64,000 bases of DNA from a virus. Below the pieces are notes generated by a model. That model made no database searches. It was not told the DNA's origin and saw only the letters and a list, made by a program, of their open reading frames with translations. Each line of letters opens with the position of its first letter. Position 1 is the stretch's first letter. This document shows positions 55,358-64,000 of the stretch, piece by piece. The stretch lies in IMG/VR virus record IMGVR_UViG_3300048091_000425. One strand, written 5' to 3'. Made by a program: the position numbers and the translations under genes.

Positions 55358-55612
55358 ATGAAGATCAAACACGACCAGGTGGACGAGATGTACGGGCGCA
55401 TGAGTGAGGCCTGTGACATCGAGCGGGCCATTGAATCGGGGCAGATCACCAGTCTCAGCGGCGTATTGGCGTTCGTTCAGGCCCGATCCCTGGCAATCAG
55501 TGAGGCCCTGTCGAGCCAGGGTTTCATTGGTGGTCGGCATGCCCAGAGCCTTCAGCAAGACCTGATACAAGCTCAGCGTGAGGCCGGCGAGCCTGATGTA
55601 GTGCTGCACTAA
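55358..55612 (+). CDS. small hypothetical protein
   Basis: ATG 55358; ends before bidirectional terminator 55634-55660. Confidence 0.62.
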   Translation: MKIKHDQVDEMYGRMSEACDIERAIESGQITSLSGVLAFVQARSLAISEALSSQGFIGGRHAQSLQQDLIQAQREAGEPDVVLH

Positions 55613-55678
55613 ATCACTGGATACCCGAACACACAAAAGGCCTCTGTTGAGGCCTTTGTTGTTTCTGCTAGTACCTGG

Positions 55679-56149
55679 TCAGGCCGCTTGAGTGTCCAGC
55701 CAGGCTGTTGAGGCACTGCGCATTTCTGTATAGACGCGCACCAGGCTCAAATCCAGCAGGTAAGTTTCCTCCGCCTGGTCTTTACCGAGTAGAGCCGTGA
55801 ATCCGGTCGCGTCTGCTTGGGCCGAGCCCACGGCATGGCATTCTATCAGATCATCCAGATCAGTCAGCCAGTACGTCATGCAGGCTCGAAGCGCCTGGAT
55901 GCCACTCAAGCCATCGGCTTCGGTCAGCACCTGCCGTTTGTATTGCTCCCCAAGACCCCGCATCCCTTGCAGCTTACCCAGCAGTCGTGCAGTGGCATGT
56001 CGCAGGGGAAGCTCGGTGCAGCCCTGCTGGACGATTACAGCGCACTGATCGGCGACCTTGGCGAAGTGCTGTTGCAGCAGAGTCTTTATGAAGCTTTCAG
56101 CCCGCAGGAGGTGTTCGCAGCAGCCTTGCACCGGGTTAGTTACATCCAT
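55679..56149 (-). CDS. hypothetical helical protein
   Basis: GAGGA RBS before ATG 56149. Confidence 0.65.
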   Translation of the reverse strand: MDVTNPVQGCCEHLLRAESFIKTLLQQHFAKVADQCAVIVQQGCTELPLRHATARLLGKLQGMRGLGEQYKRQVLTEADGLSGIQALRACMTYWLTDLDDLIECHAVGSAQADATGFTALLGKDQAEETYLLDLSLVRVYTEMRSASTAWLDTQAA

Positions 56150-56270
56150 GCTTAATTCCTCATCGATCAATGCGGACAGTGCTCAATTTCAGCCTACCAT
56201 AGCCTTTTATAACCCAGACAGACTGCAAGTAACCAGCTCGGGTACCCAACATTTTGAACCCATAAGAAAC

Positions 56271-56299
56271 AAAAAAGGCCCCTTCAAGGGGCCTTTTTT
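56271..56299. terminator. terminator after mvaT-like gene
   Basis: AAAAAAGGCCCC-TTCAA-GGGGCCTTTTTT. Confidence 0.85.
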
Positions 56300-56308
56300 A
56301 AACCTGGC

Positions 56309-56674
56309 TTACTTACGCAGCCAGCTTTCAACAGTGTCAGAGCCGTGCTTGGCTTTCCACTCTTTCAGGGTTTTTTGATTGCCACCCTTGGTTTCAACAA
56401 GTTCACCAGTGTGCGGGTTCTGGTAAACCTTGATTTCGCGAGCGCGGCGGGTTTTCGTTTGAGTGCCGGCAACGGCAGTGATGTTGGTGTCGAAATCAGG
56501 GTAGATCAGCAAAGCGCCCTTGCGCAGAGAGAGGCCTTTAGAAGCAACGAAATCCTGCAGTTCTTTCTGCAGTTCGAGTTCCGGCGCAACATGCGGCTTA
56601 AGGTCAGCCAATTTCTTTTGCAGCTCAAGAATCGCTGCTTCGGTCGATCTGTATTCGTTAATCTTGTTGCTCAT
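56309..56674 (-). CDS. MvaT/H-NS-family nucleoid-associated xenogeneic silencer
   Basis: KINEYR...RRAREIKVYQNPHTGELVETKGGNQKTLKEWKAKHGSDTVESW. Confidence 0.93.
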   Translation of the reverse strand: MSNKINEYRSTEAAILELQKKLADLKPHVAPELELQKELQDFVASKGLSLRKGALLIYPDFDTNITAVAGTQTKTRRAREIKVYQNPHTGELVETKGGNQKTLKEWKAKHGSDTVESWLRK

Positions 56675-56733
56675 TTTGTCGTCCTCGACAGTGCGTTGGT
56701 TAGGGTGACTTTAGTGCCCCTTTGGTGGGGAGG

Positions 56734-56762
56734 AATATATTTAAGAATTGATTTAGTGTCAA
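56734..56762 (-). promoter_or_regulatory. sigma70 promoter of mvaT-like gene
   Basis: TTGACA-17-TATATT. Confidence 0.8.
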
Positions 56763-56811
56763 TTCTTTTTGGCATTAAAAGGCTATTTATTCTGTTTGTT
56801 TTCTTGAGATC

Positions 56812-57087
56812 AAAAAAAAGAGCCCTATAGAGGGCTCCTGATGACTACATAGTCATGGTCGGGCCAATAACCAGCCCCAATGATCTGTCCCAACGCTATT
56901 TAGGACAAAACTGCAGTGGTCGATAACAACCACCATTAATCAAAACCCCCGCTGGCAGCGTACCCAGCGTTACAGAGGCATTACCAGGGCTTCGTCGAAA
57001 CGAACTCGGACATGGGACACTTCTAGCGTCACAGTGTCCTAACCCCCTGGCGAACCAAGACTTTCTTGGCTCAGTGGTGAGGTGCCT
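56812..57087 (-). ncRNA. candidate stand-alone structured ncRNA (~275 nt)
   Basis: Promoter TTGCTA-17-TATACT (57120-57092), at least 8 hairpins, intrinsic terminator 56812-56837, no RBS-linked ORF. Confidence 0.65.
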
Positions 57088-57143
57088 TTGCAGTATAAGT
57101 ACCCTCAGGAGACCTAGCAACCACTAAATCAATTAAATTGCCA

Positions 57144-57518
57144 TCATGCCGAAACAATACCCAGGGCATGCACTGCATCTTTCAGTGCTTCCCGCTTACT
57201 GCCGCTTCGAAACTCTGCCCCTCGCTTAAATGCGAGGCTGTACCAACCCACATCGACCACGCCGGTGCGTGGATCTGTCGAACTATCAAACCTCAGTCCA
57301 GCCCGCTGAACCCTGGCCTGTTCATCCGTGGTCAGATCGATGCCCTGACCCAACACGGCAAACGCATCATCAGCCGCCTGGGCGAAGGAATCGAATCGCT
57401 CCTTAGAAGCCAGCCCTGTTGAGGAGCTGTACCAGCACCACTTGCCGGGTGTCGCCTCACGAAAGATCATTTCGACACGGGCTGTGGTAATGCCCGGATG
57501 GACAGCCTTACCCGTCAT
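57144..57518 (-). CDS. hypothetical protein
   Basis: ATGA-coupled ORF, 124 aa. Confidence 0.68.
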   Translation of the reverse strand: MTGKAVHPGITTARVEMIFREATPGKWCWYSSSTGLASKERFDSFAQAADDAFAVLGQGIDLTTDEQARVQRAGLRFDSSTDPRTGVVDVGWYSLAFKRGAEFRSGSKREALKDAVHALGIVSA

Positions 57519-57823
57519 GCCGAAGCCTGCTCGCCGGCTTCACCAGCCAAAGCTTGCCGGTAGAACGGATCCTGCATCAGCTCCAGGATCTCCCCTGCCG
57601 CTGTATTCAAGATATCGAGGGACACCGACACCGAAGACGGGCTTGCACCGTGCATCCTGCACGCCTCAGCCTGCGACACCCCATTCACAAGGTGTTCACG
57701 CATCGCTGGGATGGTGTACTTGCTCCGGATGTCAGTGTGATTTTTAACCAAACGGTCGAAATGCGAGGCGCTCACCTCACCCGGTACGAGCAGCACGGGT
57801 ACATCTTTCATTGGCTTTGGCAT
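57515..57823 (-). CDS. PapB/FocB-like transcriptional regulator, second paralogue
   Basis: LLVPGEVSASHFDRLV...IRSKYTIPAMREHLVNGVSQAEACRMHG. Confidence 0.75.
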   Translation of the reverse strand: MPKPMKDVPVLLVPGEVSASHFDRLVKNHTDIRSKYTIPAMREHLVNGVSQAEACRMHGASPSSVSVSLDILNTAAGEILELMQDPFYRQALAGEAGEQASA

Positions 57824-57839
57824 GTCGGTCTCCCAGGGC

Positions 57840-58070
57840 TTAGGACTGTTGTTTTTCCAGAGCCTGCGCATACAGGCTCAATTCGTCAGCAATCTTACGC
57901 AGATCGCCACGTTGAATGGTTTTCGGCAGGTTCAGGGAGATCGTCCCCTCTTCCCCATTCTTCTTGACGAGGGTATGGAGGATGCGTGCGTCACCCTGAC
58001 CTTCGAATGTCATGTTAGATACCAAGGCGCCGGCCAGGGTATCGGACTTTACAGGAATCAATTCAAGCAT
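57840..58070 (-). CDS. small hypothetical protein
   Basis: 76-aa ORF. Confidence 0.65.
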   Translation of the reverse strand: MLELIPVKSDTLAGALVSNMTFEGQGDARILHTLVKKNGEEGTISLNLPKTIQRGDLRKIADELSLYAQALEKQQS

Positions 58071-58206
58071 GATTTCGTTCCAAAGCAGTGTTAATCAATT
58101 GACGTAGCATACGAATTTAAAACGAGGCGTCCAGGCTTTACTGTCGCCTTTGGAAGTGTCGGTTATACCGCGCTTCTGAGCTTATCTTCGAGCTCGTAAA
58201 CCAGCA

Positions 58207-58389
58207 TCATTTCTTCCTTGGATCCTCAGCCGGCAACGGCTTGGCCACCCCACGCAACAGGGAATGCTTGGCACCGCAGTTGCAGGTGTGGAACAGCTTT
58301 TCGTCCCACTTGGCATACACGTACATCGGTAGGGTGTGAACCGCCCGGCAGCGAGTGCAGGTGTACGAGTCCGGTAATTCTTTGCCCAC
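58207..58389 (-). CDS. small zinc-ribbon protein
   Basis: CTRC...CNCG; GGAGG RBS. Confidence 0.65.
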   Translation of the reverse strand: MGKELPDSYTCTRCRAVHTLPMYVYAKWDEKLFHTCNCGAKHSLLRGVAKPLPAEDPRKK

Positions 58390-58743
58390 TTAAGCCACCT
58401 CCTTATGAAACCGCAGGGAAGCCTCAATGCTGTGCTCCAGGCTGCTGATTCTGGCACCTGTTGCACACCGGCTGACGACCCATTGAGCGAGATCCACCAG
58501 GTAGGCATAGGCTTCAACAAACGCCGAGGCTGCCGGGATGTCGTCAACAGAAGGATCGCGATGCGGCTGATGATCGAATGTTACCGAAGGTCTGGCCGTC
58601 GGATACGCCCGATCACTGCGCACGTGCATAACCACCGCGTCATCGAGATACCCTACCGGGCTACAACGCACCTGGAGCGAATCCTGGTACTCATCGGCAG
58701 AGCCGATGACCTTAAACGTCGCGCTCGACGGAGGGATCAACAT
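58390..58743 (-). CDS. hypothetical protein
   Basis: ATG 58743 downstream of motif A at 58768. Confidence 0.62.
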   Translation of the reverse strand: MLIPPSSATFKVIGSADEYQDSLQVRCSPVGYLDDAVVMHVRSDRAYPTARPSVTFDHQPHRDPSVDDIPAASAFVEAYAYLVDLAQWVVSRCATGARISSLEHSIEASLRFHKEVA

Positions 58744-58767
58744 GGCGGCACATCCAGTGGCTTTCAA

Positions 58768-58789
58768 TATTCTGAGTATAGTCTAAACA
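58768..58789 (-). promoter_or_regulatory. motif-A palindrome
   Basis: TATTCTGAGTATAGTCTAAACA. Confidence 0.72.
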
Positions 58790-58855
58790 CGCTGACAATA
58801 CATATAAAAAAAGGCCTTTTGAATGCAAAAGGCCTGGTCGCTATTCAGTGCCAGG

Positions 58856-59260
58856 TTAACCGACTTGACTGGTGCCCTCTTCCCCTGGCGCCTGGGGCCC
58901 ATGGGACTGGTGGCTCTCGCCGATCTTGTTCACCTTGCGGTGATCCTCGACTACGATCACCACACGGTGCTGTGGTGTGCCGTTGCTGTCCTTCCATCCC
59001 CGTACGGCGAGTTGACCCCTGAGATGAAGGATGTCGCCCGGACGGTAATACTCAGCCTTCTCAGCAGCGTTGTCGTGCAATTCGATCATCAAGCGCTCAC
59101 GGTGCGCTTCCCGCTTGTCGTCATAGAAGGTCTTGCCAAAGGATCCAGCCGACACCTGCAGGGTGCGCAGGTTGGTACGATGAGGGAAGGTTTTCGATTC
59201 ACCGACCATCACGCCGGTGATCGTGGCTTCATTTACGCTCAGATTGTCAATATAGTCCAT
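58856..59260 (-). CDS. divergent SSB-like OB-fold protein without acidic tail
   Basis: NEATITG...PGDILHLRGQLAVRGWKDSNGTPQHRVVIVVE. Confidence 0.72.
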   Translation of the reverse strand: MDYIDNLSVNEATITGVMVGESKTFPHRTNLRTLQVSAGSFGKTFYDDKREAHRERLMIELHDNAAEKAEYYRPGDILHLRGQLAVRGWKDSNGTPQHRVVIVVEDHRKVNKIGESHQSHGPQAPGEEGTSQVG

Positions 59261-59354
59261 TTAAGCTAACTCGATCTCTAAGTAAGGCATCTTCAGTGAC
59301 ACGGCAGCCTGCTGCGCAGGAGTCTCGACTCCTCTCCCACGCAATGGCCAACTC

Positions 59355-59507
59355 TCAACCCTGTTTCGTTGCCACCAGTTCTGCCAGGCATTGCAAGAAC
59401 ACCTGCTGAGCGTGGGCCCCTTTGAGGGATTGGGCAATACTCGTACGTTTCGCGAAATCGCTGTTCAGCCATTCCTGGGCCAAAGGGCGGGCTTGTTTCA
59501 GATTCAT
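59355..59507 (-). CDS. 50-aa microprotein
   Basis: AGGAG RBS; MNLKQARPLAQEWLNSDFAKRTSIAQSLKGAHAQQVFLQCLAELVATKQG. Confidence 0.6.
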   Translation of the reverse strand: MNLKQARPLAQEWLNSDFAKRTSIAQSLKGAHAQQVFLQCLAELVATKQG

Positions 59508-59578
59508 GTAAAACTCCTGGAATGCAAAAAGGGAGCCCTAGGGCTCCCTTTTCGGTGTATCGCCTGCAGAGGTGCGGA

Positions 59579-59944
59579 TTATGCCGCTTTATCCTTTGCT
59601 TTGCCAGTTGGCTTCATGTTTTCCACAACGAATGGCTTGTTGCGGAATTTGATGGCACCGTGTTCTTTGTGGTTGCCGTCACGATCCTTGCTGGTCTGGT
59701 AGGTACCTTCCACGATGTAGTGACGACCTTTTTCCATCTTGGCCGCGATCTCGGCACCTTTGCCGGCCTCGACGTAGCGCACGCAGTTGTGGAAATCGGC
59801 ATCGAGGTCTTCGTAATTGCCGGTTTCGGGGTTCTTGCGCTGCTTGTTGATGACGATGGTGAAGTTCACCGCATCTTGTTTGTCGCTTACCTTGTTGGAG
59901 GTTGCGTCTGCAGCGATGTTGCCCATCAGAGTGCCAAAAGCCAT
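59579..59944 (-). CDS. single-stranded DNA-binding protein without acidic tail
   Basis: TLMGNIAAD...VNFTIVIN...DFHNCV...KGRHYIVEGTYQT. Confidence 0.8.
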   Translation of the reverse strand: MAFGTLMGNIAADATSNKVSDKQDAVNFTIVINKQRKNPETGNYEDLDADFHNCVRYVEAGKGAEIAAKMEKGRHYIVEGTYQTSKDRDGNHKEHGAIKFRNKPFVVENMKPTGKAKDKAA

Positions 59945-60001
59945 GATTGTATCCTCGTTCGCGTTGGGAGGTGGTCAGGTCTCTTCCCGACTCACAATTA
60001 C

Positions 60002-60030
60002 AGTATAGACAGGCTATACCGAGATATCAA
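60002..60030 (-). promoter_or_regulatory. ssb promoter with GTATAG-N5-CTATAC operator (motif C)
   Basis: TTGATA-17-TATACT; inverted repeat 60003-60019. Confidence 0.78.
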
Positions 60031-60300
60031 CAACAAATACCAATAATTGACACTTTTTTTCGACTTTTTCACTCACCTGGTTCCCGGTAAAACGCTGATC
60101 AGTAAAGACCTGAGCCAATCGTCTTATCCGCTCCCTGGGAGTGGCTACCTTGCCATAAAGAAACGACACTATCTGTCATTTCAAACGAAGCCGATTTCCG
60201 CGCATTACATCAATATTCTATGCTCTAGAAAACAAAAAGCCCTGATAATCAGGGCTTTAGGTCATCTTGTATGGCTCTCAAATGAGAACCATTCTCAGAT

Positions 60301-60816
60301 CTAGAACGGGATATCGTCATCAAAGCTGTCAAAATCAGGAGCCGGTGCGTTGTTCAGCTGGTCAGCTGCTTGCTGAACACGGTCGTCGTGTTGAGCACCG
60401 CCAGTGGCCTGCTGAGTGCCCTGGGACTGGTTAGTCGCCGGTGCCTGATTGGTCGCCTGAGACTGGCTGTTTGCCGGTGCCTGATTGGCTGCTGGAGCGG
60501 TCTGGCCGGTGCTGTTCAGGAACACCGAACGGTTGCCACGGCACGAAACCATGATGCCTTCGATCATCACACCGTTGTAGAAGTTTGGCTTCAGCTTCAC
60601 GATGTCACCGGAGACGGTAACGCTCTTGCCCTTGGTGAAGTGCTGGCAACGATTGTCGAACTCGCCAGACTTCACGTACAGAGCTACCGGGTAGGTTTCT
60701 GGGTTCATGCCGGTGTTGTCGATGACAACCAGCGAAACCTTGTCACCTTTATCGGTCTTGGTGATGGTTGCGTCTTTGGCCAGGTTGCCGACGACTTTGA
60801 TGGTTGCTAAGTACAT
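60301..60816 (-). CDS. ssb: single-stranded DNA-binding protein with canonical tail
   Basis: KVVGNLAKD, KGKSVTVSG, Q/N/A linker, C-terminal DFDSFDDDIPF. Confidence 0.88.
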   Translation of the reverse strand: MYLATIKVVGNLAKDATITKTDKGDKVSLVVIDNTGMNPETYPVALYVKSGEFDNRCQHFTKGKSVTVSGDIVKLKPNFYNGVMIEGIMVSCRGNRSVFLNSTGQTAPAANQAPANSQSQATNQAPATNQSQGTQQATGGAQHDDRVQQAADQLNNAPAPDFDSFDDDIPF

Positions 60817-60879
60817 GTTTGAATCCTCATTTCGCGTTGGGATTAAGCTGCTGATTCGTTGTCATCAGCTCACATTCAC

Positions 60880-60908
60880 AGTATAGGTAGGCTATACCGA
60901 CGCGTCAA
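60880..60908 (-). promoter_or_regulatory. ssb promoter with motif C
   Basis: TTGACG-17-TATACT; inverted repeat 60881-60897. Confidence 0.78.
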
Positions 60909-60969
60909 TACATATCTAATGTTTTTTCCAAAAAAAATAAGGGCCCGAAGGCCCTTTTTACCCTGGGCC

Positions 60970-61635
60970 TTAGCCTGGGGTGTTTTCGGTGGTTTTTTCT
61001 TTCTCGCGGATCTCGAAGCCGAGGTCGCGCAGGGCCGCATGGCCCTTCTGGATGAAGAAGTTGTGCCACTCACCCAGTTCTTTGCGCTTGGTCTTCAGAT
61101 CGGTGTTCAGAGCGTTGTACTCAGGCGAGTCCTTACCCACCTTGCCCATCTTGAAGTAGATCACCTCGCACTCTTTCGCCTGGGCGTCGGAGTAGATCTT
61201 GGTGCTGACCAGGGTGTAGGCCGTTGGCACTACCTTGTCGCCGTCTTTCTTGTCGTTCTTCACGTTGAGCGTGGCGACCTGGCCGTAGACCAGTTTGCCC
61301 GGCTCATCTTTGAACGTCTGGTAGACGTATTCCAGTGCCGCCTGGTCAACGCTTTCAACCGGCTTGCCTTTGGCGTCGAGGTACTGGCCGTCTTTCTCAC
61401 GTGGTCGGGTCAGGAAGTTGCCTTCAGCATCTACCTGGCGCAACGGAGCGCGGATGGTCATGAAAGGGGTCGAACCGCCCGTCACGACGTCCAGGAAGCC
61501 GAAGCGACTGATCTGGCGAACGCCTTCAACCATCTCGGTGAGTTGGACGGTGTACTTGCCGTCGTCCTTACCCTTGACGTCGATGTACCAGCCGTTGCCC
61601 TTGGTAACCTGAGAAATATCGAAATCTTTGGACAT
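60970..61635 (-). CDS. hypothetical Lys/Asp-rich protein, codon usage suggests high expression
   Basis: GAGG RBS before ATG 61635; strong C/G-ending codon bias. Confidence 0.8.
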   Translation of the reverse strand: MSKDFDISQVTKGNGWYIDVKGKDDGKYTVQLTEMVEGVRQISRFGFLDVVTGGSTPFMTIRAPLRQVDAEGNFLTRPREKDGQYLDAKGKPVESVDQAALEYVYQTFKDEPGKLVYGQVATLNVKNDKKDGDKVVPTAYTLVSTKIYSDAQAKECEVIYFKMGKVGKDSPEYNALNTDLKTKRKELGEWHNFFIQKGHAALRDLGFEIREKEKTTENTPG

Positions 61636-61914
61636 GCTGACAAAACCCTCTGTATTTGTTGTCAATTTATAGTTATAAATGCTGCGCTACACCAAAGTCA
61701 CCTACTTCTTTTAAAATTGTGACAGTGTTTTCACTTTCTGGCAAAAACGGGCTTTGACAAGTCTGGTCATTTTGAGTTCCGACCCTTCAGAAATTTTGTT
61801 GACCCTGTGTAACGGCTTCGGTATATTTTGTAGCGGCATTTTAATGGCGTCATTGAAAATAAAAATAGATTTTAGCAAGAGACGTGCTGAAACCACTCAG
61901 GATGAAATGGAAAG

Positions 61915-62616
61915 ATGGCCCAGCAAGAAATCATGAAACAGGTCAAGAAGACCCTAGCTCCGATCAATGAGGCCCTCTCCAAGCTGGATGAATCAGCAGA
62001 AGCCATCAATGGTGCAAGCGATCTCTTGGTAGCCCGCTCCGCCGCTTTGAACAACGTAATCGGCCCGCGTTATGTCTCGCTTCAGCGTGATGGAGACCTG
62101 TATCACACGGTGCAGACCCGCGAGCAGCTGGCCAACAGCCTGATTTACACGTTCGACTCCCTGTCGATCCTCGAAGCTGGAGCAACCACCCGCGAAGCAG
62201 CTGCCCTGCACGTTGCCGGCAACGTGAAGCTGATCGACAGCGTGATCAAGCCCCTGGATGAAGAAGACCCGATCAGCTGCAACGATCTGGTGGCCAGAGG
62301 GCACATTGATGAAGCGGTACAGCTCCTGGCAGCAGGCCTCAAGGCAGCCGCCCAGGAAGGTGATGATATCTTTACGGTGCTAGCCGAAAAAATGATCAAC
62401 ACCGTGAAGCTGAATCAGGAAAACACCACCATAAACTCGCGTATGAACGACATCGCGACCATGCTCAGCAACAGTAAAGCCATGCTCGAGGCCGAAAAAG
62501 CCTCCAACGCGCCGGTCAGAACCGTATGCCTGGGTGACAAGGTCGTTCACCTGGTCTTCCCAGCGCGTCGTATGCCACAGGGTGAACCATTGACCAGCAT
62601 GGTTAGCGGCGAGTAA
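61915..62616 (+). CDS. hypothetical coiled-coil protein
   Basis: 233-aa ORF followed by terminator-like hairpin at ~62650-62680. Confidence 0.75.
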   Translation: MAQQEIMKQVKKTLAPINEALSKLDESAEAINGASDLLVARSAALNNVIGPRYVSLQRDGDLYHTVQTREQLANSLIYTFDSLSILEAGATTREAAALHVAGNVKLIDSVIKPLDEEDPISCNDLVARGHIDEAVQLLAAGLKAAAQEGDDIFTVLAEKMINTVKLNQENTTINSRMNDIATMLSNSKAMLEAEKASNAPVRTVCLGDKVVHLVFPARRMPQGEPLTSMVSGE

Positions 62617-63375
62617 CTCACGTCCTGCTGCTGTATTGAAGAATTTAGCCCGGAAGGCCACCCCTTCTGGGCTTTTTCGTTTTGCGCTTGGTTTTCGCAC
62701 CAGATTTCACTGCAGGCCTTGGTGGCCAGCTGTCAGCGAGACGATGGTGTTCGCCGGCGATGATCCGATCCTGTACAACAGCCTCGCCAAACAGCCCTGC
62801 GGGGCCCGCCACGGCCAGGATCTTCGTGATCCTATCCACGCCATGGATCCAATGACCATTCATCCCTGGTTACCACCCACATCCGCTCTACCAAACCGTT
62901 CAGGCAGTCATCCTGCGGGTGGCCGAAAAAGTGTCGGGTTGGTTACAAACATCTTCCTCGCGTCACGGCGACACGAAATATTTGACGTCAAATATCTGTG
63001 ATCCGAAGAAAATAGATGAAGGCAGCCTTCAGAGTGAAGAGAGAACATCGGATTTCCTCCAGGCGCCTTCTTCGCCTGGCTCAATATCAAGGGTTTCTTG
63101 GCTGACGGGGTTAAAGTTGAGGCCTTAATTGACACTTTAAAGCAGAGTGCCACTACCGGATTCATTGGGTGAAACTGGGGTTTTGATGGCTCAGGCAGGG
63201 AGTGCACGTGGGATGCACATCAGTCACGCGACCTCAGGCCTTGGAATCCGAAAAACCGACCAGCCAAGCGCTGAAGAAATGAAAGCTTGCCAAGCTCGAG
63301 ATAGGGCTTAGCGCTAATTGACAATTATTATCAATAAACCTGTACAAGAAATTTGATTCTGTACAATTTATTCGT

Positions 63376-63612
63376 TCAGTTGAAGACGACCTGTGACACC
63401 AGTTGAGCCTCTTGCTGCTCCAGGGCGCCAATCATGGCGGTTGCAGTTTGATCCCAAAAAGCATGAGCAGGATCGTCTTTGGCCGCCCGGTACTCCGGGA
63501 ATTGTCCGACCACGCACAGGGCAGCTTGGGCGCTGAGGCAGGAGACCTCTCCCATGAGATTGAAGAGGGTTGAGCGCCGGGCTTCCACCGGCATCGCGGA
63601 TTGTTGATGCAT
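63376..63612 (-). CDS. small hypothetical protein
   Basis: GGAGG RBS before ATG 63612. Confidence 0.6.
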   Translation of the reverse strand: MHQQSAMPVEARRSTLFNLMGEVSCLSAQAALCVVGQFPEYRAAKDDPAHAFWDQTATAMIGALEQQEAQLVSQVVFN

Positions 63613-63637
63613 TGCAAAGCCCTCCATGGGTGCAGCC

Positions 63638-64000
63638 TTAAACGTTTCTTTTGGCCCGTCGAGCAAGCATGAACTGACGTTCCGATTCGATCTGGACAAC
63701 CAGCGCTTTGCGCATTTCGCCTTTTACTTCCATGACGAGATCGTCAACAAAGTCTGGGTTTTTGCAGGCTTCAGGGTGCTGACTGTCGTAGACCGATATT
63801 TCCTGACCACGGCAAAAAAGACGGATTGCGCCGTTGTTTTTGTCCATCTCCACGGTCGCCGTCGAACCTTTGTAGGTGAAGGCATCCGTACGATCCTCGT
63901 AACCTGGCACGGCACTGCCCCAGCCCAAGGTGCAGAGCAGGTCTACGAGTACCGCGTTGTTCACCGAGGGCCTGGTTTGGCCTGTTTGTCTACCGTTCAT
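63638..64000 (-). CDS. hypothetical protein (start may lie beyond window)
   Basis: 120-aa ORF starting at last base. Confidence 0.65.
   Translation of the reverse strand: MNGRQTGQTRPSVNNAVLVDLLCTLGWGSAVPGYEDRTDAFTYKGSTATVEMDKNNGAIRLFCRGQEISVYDSQHPEACKNPDFVDDLVMEVKGEMRKALVVQIESERQFMLARRAKRNV

Noticed and set aside
56838-56860. Hammerhead ribozyme core (CTGATGA on plus strand)
   Set aside because: No GAAA after the stem-II position and no stems I/III; sequence is the complement of ncRNA hairpins
56896-57120. 74-aa minus-strand ORF over the ncRNA candidate
   Set aside because: Its TTG start is the -35 hexamer itself, upstream of the predicted TSS; no RBS
62636-63207. Several 70-120 aa ORFs in the terminal gap
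   Set aside because: They overlap a terminator and each other, and lack an RBS and coding-like bias

Overview
This is a 64-kb backbone segment of a large Pseudomonas-type plasmid (megaplasmid). No transposase, integrase, cas or conjugation gene was recognised. Left: a CNNM/CBS gene and a Rep_3-family initiator embedded in about 33 same-orientation iterons whose spacings are mostly near multiples of one helical turn. The array ends in a DnaA box plus five 22-bp-spaced iterons (probable oriV). Next come an RlmN/Cfr-like radical SAM operon, a ProQ/FinO protein, a phage-type NADAR, a lipoprotein and a MoxR-like AAA plus metallopeptidase-vWA pair, with a twice-repeated ~450-bp non-coding element. 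From ~21.7 to ~58.8 kb lie dense arrays of small phage-like genes (PAPS-reductase family, Lar-like, ParB-like, PapB/FocB-like, RHH, MvaT, a YgiB/YgiC-like pair). Their promoters share a 22-bp palindrome (13 copies) and a second AT-rich motif (6 copies). There are three tRNAs for rare codons (Arg-TCT, Gly-TCC, Arg-CCT) with an anticodon-less tRNA-like insert, a candidate stand-alone ~275-nt structured ncRNA next to mvaT, and three divergent ssb paralogues. All protein family calls are from motif recognition by eye, not database searches. Several start codons were moved from the ORF track to the RBS-supported ATG.
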